Assembly (NCBI GenBank): GCA_025786725.1
Contig: JAHLTZ010000001.1
Coordinates: 558,001-622,000, forward strand
DNA length: 64,000 nt
Direction: 5' to 3'
Origin: Syncephalis fuscata S228
Taxonomy: Eukaryota; Fungi; Zoopagomycota
Shown here: piece after piece, positions 55,175 through 64,000 of the stretch
How positions within the stretch are numbered: the first letter of the stretch is position 1
Layout of the letters: every line of letters begins with the position of its first letter
Made by a program: the position numbers and the translations under genes
The notes under the pieces: generated by a model
Told to the model about the DNA's origin: nothing
What the model saw: the letters and a program-made list of their open reading frames with translations, nothing else
The model's database searches: none

Positions 55175-56413
55175 TTAATGATGCTTATCCTCCCATATTC
55201 TTATAGCTGATTTATGCGATACGAATACTTAAGTTGAATAGTTAATTTCTTAGCTTCTGCCATATTCTGCTGCTGAAACTGTTTGCTTAGTTGCTCAATG
55301 GTTGATTTTATCCAAGCTATTAAATGGTAAGCATCTAATGCAGTTGTGTTTGCTTATAACATACCATTATTTTCATTAGCAATTGTTTCTATTTGTGCCG
55401 CATCCTGTGCCTCTTCAATCTCTTCACGTGCTTCCATAACCTTCATAAGTAGCTCTGGGTCGGCAATAGATTCCGTTTCACTTACATCGATATCATGTAA
55501 TTGAAGCTATGTTCATTAGTTTAAATTAATTCATCGCATGAATGACTTACCAAATACTGTGCACGTGTTAATGGATCACGCAGTGTATGATATGCATGAT
55601 TAAACCATGCGGATTGCTGTTCAGCAAGTTGTCGCTCATACTAATAAATGCAAATAATCCACCACCATCGATATTATATGAATCAATAATTAATTAGTAA
55701 AAAAGCAATACCATCTACAAAATTCCCACCTCTCCTTTTCTAGTATAAGCATCTGGATGAACGCGCTGTTGCATCGTTAAGAATGCTTTTCGTAATTGAC
55801 TTGTATCTACATCAAATGACGGATGATTTCTATAGTCCATACAGTTAATATATTGTCTTCACGTGGTATAAGTACTACTATTTTCTATTAATAAAGCTTA
55901 CCCATGACTTGTCGGCAATATGTCAAAATATGTACTGTTAGGCGGCACAGGCTGTATCGCATTGCAATCAGGACAGTGCGTGATTGTTGCTGTCGTTGTA
56001 TTTGACGTCGATGCAGCCTCAGCTTCTCTATTCTGGGCCAGTGTTCTATCACACTGCCAACACTGCCAAGAGCTTAGCGCCGATGTACTTTGCGCGGCAT
56101 GACCCGTTGAAATACACTCATTGCTACCAACACCGCCTTTTCCACTATAATGTGAATTTGCAGCAGTGTGGGCACTGGCCCGCCGTATAATCATTAAACT
56201 AGCTTGTCCCCGCTGTGCCCCGTCATAACGAACACTTTTGCTATAAGCACCGATTCTATCGCTATAGCTTCTTCGTCCAGTTTTTAAACCGGTTGACAGT
56301 GATCGCTTGGCTGGTCGACTCAGTGGTGGTGTGTGAGCCGACAGCTGTCTAAGATTCAGCTTCGTCGTTGCATACTTGCCAAAGAGAGTACAGTTTCGTG
56401 ATAACAGTGACAT
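55175..56413 (-). CDS. JAC1: Mitochondrial Fe-S co-chaperone HscB/Jac1
   Basis: Presequence, CWQC...CPDC zinc motif, J-domain with HPD, NHAYHTLRDPLTRAQYLL and ELLMKVMEAREEI. The 3' end is uncertain (stop at ~55201 as read, or 55175 with a frameshift). Confidence 0.88.
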
Positions 56414-57639
56414 GATAGACAAGAAAAAAGAAGACGTAACTGAGCAATATTCAGCCGGTGTTTTACATCTTATAACATCCGTAACAATCCTATGTCTCAG
56501 ATACTAACCGTCTTGTTTAACATTGACGTCATTATGATTAGTACAATAAATACTGCGGTACTATCTTTCATATTAAATAATTATAATGGTATTAATTAAA
56601 AGTTAACCGCTTTATGCCAAGCACCTTTATTTACAACTCTTTAATTGTGCTAATTTTACTAACTGGTTCGTGAAGCGACCTTGCATTGGGCGGACCAGCA
56701 TCACGCCGAGCTACACAAGCAGGGTGCTTGGAAATCTAAATTGTTCTCCACCGTTTATGAAAATAGATATCGTGTGGTTTAACAAGGCATGTGGTAGAGT
56801 CGTGCTACTACGACATACAACAACACCCGCTCCTGTTACTACAACTACTAACCAGTATTATTGTTATTGCCATTATTACCGGTCGCCATTCATTTAAGTA
56901 ACCTTTATTTGGACGGCTGCTCCGCCCCGTTTTCTTCTTCTTCTACCACTCTACACACCGCTCACTACGCACTTCTCGTTCACTCGCATTCCTTGCAAAC
57001 GGTCTGTATTGCCTTTTTCTACCTTTTGCCGTTTTTCTCGATATTCTCTTCTAGCACACCTTGAACAAGGCGGCTACTTCACTTTTGACGTCGTGGCATC
57101 CTTGTTGCTCCTTATTTCACCTGCACTCGCTTACTCTCATTGTGTCATAACCAATCTATTATCCCTCTTTTTGCTTACGCTTCTTTCTACTGCACTGCTC
57201 TTTCGCTTTCGTTTATTTTTGACGCCAAAATCGTTGGATTCGTCTTTGACTTGACTACGCTTTGAATTGCAAAGTCTTTGCCTGTACTGTGTGTCGGCCA
57301 TTGTTGCCGTTTTATAATACTTGTAAGTGACTGGACAAACGGGGATTATAAAGTATAAAGGACAAGTTTTAAATAGTGTTACTGGTAGCGGCTATGCTAA
57401 AATGCTAAACAAACTTAATGAGCCATTAATATTGGTTAAATAGCTGGTATATGACTTGTTATTTATTCCAATAATATTAAAGTAATAATGTTTGGAATAG
57501 CATAACTAGATGTTGCTTTTATTTATCCGATATATTGTAGTGTACATGTAATGTTATATAAATGATTGCCATCTATATTACATATTAGATATGCAGTGTC
57601 GATTAAAGACGCTTCTTTAATATAGACCGTGGCAATTAT

Positions 57640-57698
57640 ACACACACACACAACACACAACACACAACACACAAACACGCACATACACAAACACACGC
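57640..57698. repeat. Imperfect (CA)n tract
   Basis: cacacacacacaacacacaacacacaacacacaaacacgc... Confidence 0.8.
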
Positions 57699-58708
57699 GC
57701 TCTTTCAATCTATTTGACTCTTTCCATACACAATACACATTGTCATCATTGTATTACAAGCTATAGGCACGTGGACTAGTTTTCTTTTCTAGTCCATATG
57801 TACATCTATTGATTTGTATGTATGTATGTACGTGCCTGTATGAATACCTGTATACATGGATATCTGTATGTAGGTGGCCATTCGCCGCTCATAAGACTGC
57901 GACGTGACCTGAATACTTGCTTTGAAAACCGCAGCATTCAATGTGATACACCCCTTTACACTCTAGAGAACAGTAGCATTAGCTTCTCCTTGATTTACTT
58001 CCCTTTTTCGTTCTTGCCCTATCTCAGCCCGTCTTTCACTCGCTCGCTCGCTCTCTTTATTCCACTCTCTTTCTCTCTTTCTTCCTCTTACTTTCCTCTT
58101 TTGTTCGTTCTTGCACCACAAACAAAAGCGATTCACCGCCCCTTCCTTTCTACCTTTAACTTTGTTACTCCCTTCCGTTGACAAGTTTGAGGAATCCTTG
58201 GTCGAGTGACCGCTGTTATTGTTAAACGGCTTTGCCTGTTTTGGGTGTACTTTTTACTTTGAAGCCTTGCTTCTATTCCTTAACAGTGCTTAACAACAAC
58301 GATAACGCTATTGCTCTAGTGCCACTGGCTTCATCTTGTTTTGTATTCTTTACCGCTTTTCATTCCGTTTGAAATTGAGAATATTGAGATTGTTTACTTG
58401 GAATTTTGACCTTTACGTGTGAATTATATGCAAGCATAAGCTGCATTTCAATAACTTGGTACGAAGCTATTTGTATGCTGGCCATGAAGGCATATGATAA
58501 ATAAACTGGCTCGATTACAATGGCAATATGCTAATATATGTTGGCTAACCACTCGATTATTGCTATTGTTGCTATTTTATTATATATAGATAATCATTGA
58601 TTAGTTTGCAAAGTGAACAGCTAGTACGGGCCGCGCCCAAAGCATCCTTGTTTTTCTGTTGTTATTCAGCGTCAAATAATACAGCATTGTAGTCAACACA
58701 GCAAAAAA

Positions 58709-59887
58709 ATGGCCGCTTCTCCTATTCTTTCAGCATCACCAGCCATTCCACCACCGCTACCAGCGCCGGTACAAAGCGGCGATCAACCGTTTCCCAACCG
58801 ATTAACCCTCGAACTACGTAATGAACGCGTACAAATCGCCCGTGACACACTCGTGAATCTGCCCGAGTCTGTACTTGTTGTCATGTTTCCTAATGGGCTA
58901 ATACTCGGTCCACGTGGTTCGTTGTACGTAGCCGATGATGGCAATCCATCAATTAGCGGATCTATGGACGGCAACGGACTATCGGATGAAGATGACGAAG
59001 ACGGTATTGTTCAAGTGGACTTTGATCCGAATCTACTCCGCTATATTCTAAAATTTTATGACATTCCGCCTGCTACTTCTACCGATGGCGAGACGGGCCA
59101 ATCAGCATCGGGCAATAGTGCTGGTGGCGTGCTCGCCGGTTTGAATGCTATGGGTCCATCGGGTGCTGCTACAACACCTGGTATGTATCCATTTAACCAG
59201 TCATTCCCTGAACGACGTGCCTACATCGTATTACGCGAAGAGCTGGACTACTTTGCTATTCGTTCAAATTCTGCCACGGCAGATTCAACAAATACCGTGA
59301 CAAAAGACAGCGACACCGATTCATCAGGCCCACAATCAATTAAACATTTGTGCGGACAATATTTGGTTGATCAATGCCGTATATTCGACGCGCTTCGTCA
59401 TGGCCGTCGTCGTTCAATCGACGATGCGACACAGTCTGCGGCCACTGCTGCTGCATCGCCTAATGGTGATGAGGCAGCCGTGGATTCAGCCAATGTGGCT
59501 GTTTCCACGCTGGAGGAGGCCAGTGCAGCAGAACGCCAACTTGTAGATATGCTTTGTCTTGCCGGATTTGGTGTTGAAGATCTGTGGGGCTACCGTGCAC
59601 GTGAGCCAGGCCGTTGTTGCGTCGTCAGTGTCAGTATGGTACGTTTAGTAACTGATGGCACACCAGCACAAATGGCGGCTGCACACAAATTATTAGTATT
59701 CTGGCGTAAACCTGCAGTAAGTAATGGTGATTATTAACTTTAACCCTTAATTAACTAATTTTATTTATTTATTTAATAGCGTAAATGTTGGTGGGATGGA
59801 TCAGTGACAACAATTGGTGCTGATCGAAATATTCCCGTTCGTATTTGGTCCCGACGAACCTGGACACTTGAACTGGCCCTTATTTAA
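58709..59887 (+). CDS. WHI2: WHI2-like BTB-fold growth regulator, 2 coding exons
   Basis: LVNLPESVLVVMFPNG, IVLREELDYF, ERQLVDMLC, WGYRAREP and spliced FWRKPA/RKCWWD...RRTWTLE. Confidence 0.85.
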
Positions 59888-61298
59888 ATACTATGCACAC
59901 ATCGACTTTTATACACGCACGCGCACGCGTGCATTGTCGATCTCTTGTATCTTTACAATTGATAATTTCGTTGTGTTAGTACTACACCAGTTTGATTTAT
60001 TTGCATGGAGTAGATGACATTGTCATGGCTATTTCTCGACTATGATCACGTCCAATCTCTTATCCACATGACTGTCGTGCATACACCTACTTCATTATTA
60101 GCCATACATGATCAATACTGTCATCCGCTCATTTTCTCTCTATCTCCTATTTTGCCTTATCTACTTGTTATCCCCACACACTTACCTATTTTTAACGCAA
60201 TGTGTTACGACCAAAATGGTATATTCTTCAACAACAGCAGCAACAAAAAACATACGCTCACATACACACATAATTCTAACTGCAGCTTGTTCGTTCAAGT
60301 ATGCAGCATTACGAACGTGCTGATGGTTGGCCAGGTTGTTACTTCATTGCTTGCGTTGCTTTGTTTCACATACAACTTTTAGTTTATCTGCGTTTTTTCG
60401 TTTTATTTCATTTGGCGCGTCATATTACGTGCTATCTTCCATTTTAATGACCGTAACTAGATGAATATCAAGGCACCAAGCAACGATATTCATCCAGCTC
60501 TTATTAATCCTTAAATACTTATTATGTCCTTGGACTAGTAAGAGTAATTTATCATTGTTTACTTACATATGTTGATATGATCTATATTGACATTTCGCTC
60601 TTCTCATAACCTATCTATCATATTTCCATTTTTATTATGCTGTTGTTACTATGAGTCTTACAACTTTTATTTTTACACGGTTACAACTTTTCGCAAGTAC
60701 AGCCGTCTTTACCTTTAGCTAATAAAACTTGACGTTATTGTTACTTATTTGTTCCATCTAGTATGCCTTTTTACGTACTTGTAATAATAAGTAATTAATA
60801 AATATAAATGTTATTCCAATCTAATATTATACATTTTAATCTTTCGTTATAAGGGAAATTTTCAAAATGTTTCTTTTTTAAAATGGCAAAATAGTAGTAA
60901 ATATTGACTACATCTATATATCTATTGTCATTACAACAAACTGCTATAGATTAAATAACAAACATTTATTTGGGTTTAAATATTTTACCAATTTGCAATA
61001 TGTCGTTTCAATATCATTAGATTTTAATAATAGTAAAGCTTTTATTTAGTTTTCTTATGCTCGTATATGAACTATGTATGACATGGTTGAATAATATTTT
61101 CAATTTATATATATATAATGGCAACTATGTAACCAGGATATAATGAGTTTTGGTAATCTGGCAAGAAAATCTTGCCAAAGATATTGACACATTCTTACTT
61201 ATTGTAGATATACGTTATTTTTCTATTAATTAAACAAGAGAAATTTATTGTAAATACCAACATACTGTAATTAGTCAAATTTAATACTGCTTTCTTTC

Positions 61299-62112
61299 TA
61301 TTGAACATGATGGTGGGTGGTGAGTAATATTAGTAATCAAAATACCTATCATCATAGATTCATTATTCAATATGCATATATTCAGTACACATATATACTC
61401 TATTCACCTATATCATTTACATTCTATCCCACACTAATATATATATATATCATTCAATGATGTATTAGGCACGTTCTATTGTTTATGTGTTCAATGCACT
61501 TCACTCATTTCATTCATTGCATTATATGCACTATAACTTTGTTTTATATACTTTCTTACCGTACATTTATCATTCTATATATCATTCTATACTCGCCTAG
61601 CCTTCCTCTATCCAAAGTGTTTTTTGCTCTAACTTTATTATTAATAAAATTCAACTATTTTTTTGTCATGCATTCATTAGGTCATATGCACTATATATTC
61701 ATATATACATTATATATGATTTACGAGCTGTTTAGGATTGTTGCTTGCTTGATACTAACTTTGTTAAAAGTAATTTTTGATTCATTTTGTTTATTGCGCT
61801 ATATTGATAGAACAAATAATACAAGTATATGCAGATTTATTACTTTATTAAGTATTCATTAGTTCATTTGTTAAGAACTAATCATGATTAAAATAATCAA
61901 TTCCAGTTAGTTATGACTTTTATGATATTTAAATTAAATAATGGGCATATATAGGAATAAAAGTAATGTCAATTGCAATAACGCAGTAATGGGCAAATAC
62001 AATAATTTAATGATATAAGTAAATAAAGTATATATGCATACTGGATAATAAATCTATAATAATAAATATTTTGGTCACTGATATCATTCACCGCCCATCA
62101 TGATGTTCGATA
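61299..62112. mobile_element. MITE-like element, family B copy 2, with ~80-bp imperfect terminal inverted repeats
   Basis: 61299-61381 (tattgaacatgatggtgggtggtgag...caatatgcatata) is the imperfect reverse complement of 62029-62112; non-coding AT-rich interior shared with 42463-42830. Confidence 0.7.
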
Positions 62113-63172
62113 AAACAAATGTCTTGTTCAATTGCGCAAATGTTGCTAAACTTTTCTATTGCCAATACCTTTATGCCTTCTTTTTTGTTCAAATCGCTAT
62201 AAAAGCTCTCTATAGCTTTTTTATAATAAATAATATACAATAATCATATTCGTTGCATCACAAGCCAATATTTATGATAATAGATTTTATTTAGAATGAT
62301 AGCCAATATCAACTAATCATTGGCCTGATCCATATCACTATAATGTATGAGTACATTAGACTTGTTTGTCGTTAATCCGATAATTAAAATTCATTGCTTG
62401 CTGTAAAGTTATAATAAATAAATAAATATAGCTGCCAATGATAACATGTAAACATAAAACAATAATATTGTCGTAATCTAAATATAAAGATAGAGGTTAT
62501 CTTTTGAAGATTGCTCGGCATATATATATATATATATTCGGATATCTATGTAGCACCCGTTCACTATAAATACATACATGATTTGCCCATTCCATAATAA
62601 AGTATTGGTCTTTACTCTATTCTATTTTATAAATTAGTTGGTTGTCTTATTCATGACAGTGTTTATTTCTTATTTTTAATAAATCTATTTAATAAAGGCA
62701 AATTCACCAAAATGTACTGTTTTTTGATTTTGTTGAATAATAAGAGTTACAAAGCTAAAAAAACCCCTGATGGGAAAAAGTTAATTACAATAAATGCAAT
62801 AATTTTAATTTAAAAATTGGCTTGTTTAGCTAATTTAGTCAATTGTAGCAATATTAACAGTAACGCCAATCGTGTTTCATTTGCTAAATAAAACTTAAAA
62901 CCACAGTACAAGAACATGACATGTAAAATTTAGCATTAATAATATTGAAATAGTAGTTAATGTTGAAATAAACGTTTTATTAAAAAACAAATATAAACTA
63001 CTAATAAAACAACTAGCAAAAAAGTGTTATTAAAGTGTGTTCAGTTTGCAATGAATGTCATTACTAGAAGACAAGGTGTGATATAAACAAAAAATAATAT
63101 TTAATAATAAATAAATTAATACAGCCATTTAAAATATCTATAATAGCTATATTAATAAAATTTACAGTATTA

Positions 63173-64000
63173 TCAAGTAGCAGTAACATTCAATAAACAG
63201 TATTTCTCCAGTTCATGCGCTGCTGATGATTTGCGTTTTCCAACTTCATCGATATGATGCTTCATACTAACCATTCGATGCGTTATTGTATAGAAAATAG
63301 GAGATCCTTGAGACAAAAAGTCAATTATTTTGCTTTTTATAGGTATTTTCTTCCACTGATCGGTGCTAGTATCAAGAAGCTTACACGTTTCCTTCGATTC
63401 AACAATGGATACTAAATGGCCCATTCTTACAAAAGGTAAAGGCGATACTTCTAGTCGCCAGTCACGGGTAATACTATGTGAGGTTGTACCAGTGGCAATG
63501 TCCACACACCAAGCAATAAATGAATCTTGTTCAATATTTGTTCCTTCAGATGTTAGTAGCAATCGGCCATTAATGTCGCCGTTAATATGATTTGGTAGTA
63601 GAAACGGTGATCTATTCCAATTGCCTCTTAATGTCCAAGTAAATTGTTGATTACCCTTTTCTTCTGCTAAAGCTGTAGGAGTGTGCGATAATGACTTTGC
63701 CTTTCGTGTATCAAGTAGGCCTAACCATCGATTTCCCTGTTGATACCTTTTCACTTCTACAATTACCCGATATTCATCAATACGAATAACATCAACGCCA
63801 AGGTTAGCAATACTAGTATGAATCTGTTCGGTGTTGACGTAGAAATGACCGCCGCCTTCATTAAATGACGATGGCTGTAACAAAGCTTTAGAGGCGGTTG
63901 ATTGGGTAAATGGCCGTTCAGCGGATGTTGATGCGGTATTTAGTGTTGTATAAAATTTATGCAACGACCATTGATAACATCGAGGATCTGTTATAGATTG
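63173..64000 (-). CDS. Hypothetical protein, 5' end outside the window
   Basis: Frame is open from the window edge to the stop at 63173 (>270 codons); no recognisable motif. Confidence 0.6.
   Translation of the reverse strand, partial: QSITDPRCYQWSLHKFYTTLNTASTSAERPFTQSTASKALLQPSSFNEGGGHFYVNTEQIHTSIANLGVDVIRIDEYRVIVEVKRYQQGNRWLGLLDTRKAKSLSHTPTALAEEKGNQQFTWTLRGNWNRSPFLLPNHINGDINGRLLLTSEGTNIEQDSFIAWCVDIATGTTSHSITRDWRLEVSPLPFVRMGHLVSIVESKETCKLLDTSTDQWKKIPIKSKIIDFLSQGSPIFYTITHRMVSMKHHIDEVGKRKSSAAHELEKYCLLNVTAT

Noticed and set aside
56900-58200. Several 67-119 aa ORFs upstream of WHI2
   Set aside because: Translations of low-complexity CT/CA-rich leader sequence with no protein motifs.

Overview
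AT-rich, intron-rich eukaryotic DNA (short GT-AG introns, ~50-90 nt) typical of an early-diverging fungus; a Zoopagomycota/Syncephalis-like mycoparasite is my guess, not a determination. It holds about 19 single-copy genes: PB1 protein, phosducin-like, PAAF1/Rpn14-like WD40, EndoG/Nuc1, LMW-PTP, L-type lectin, PARN, SGD1/NOM1, EFM4, ERV1, P450, HIBADH, class 3 lipase, DRG2/RBG2, HPC2/ubinuclein, JAC1, WHI2-like and several small secreted proteins. A ~7.6 kb, nearly identical inverted duplication (~14639-22277 / ~47474-55115) brackets a 25 kb segment. Each arm carries a secreted PLC-like phosphodiesterase, a peroxisomal alpha-hydroxy acid oxidase and, between them, the main finding: a gene the ORF track cannot assemble. 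It is a secreted peptide precursor built from 17 exons, 14 of which are only 3 nt long, separated mostly by tandemly duplicated ~80-nt introns. Spliced by hand it gives a clean 51-aa prepropeptide, MKFSIAVVCAILVAIVASTATVDARPNLIRR-AVAPLAKR-VAEAAPPGFTQD*, with two dibasic Kex2-type sites. Two families of degenerate MITE-like elements are also present. Many single-base frameshifts in conserved genes suggest residual assembly indel errors.
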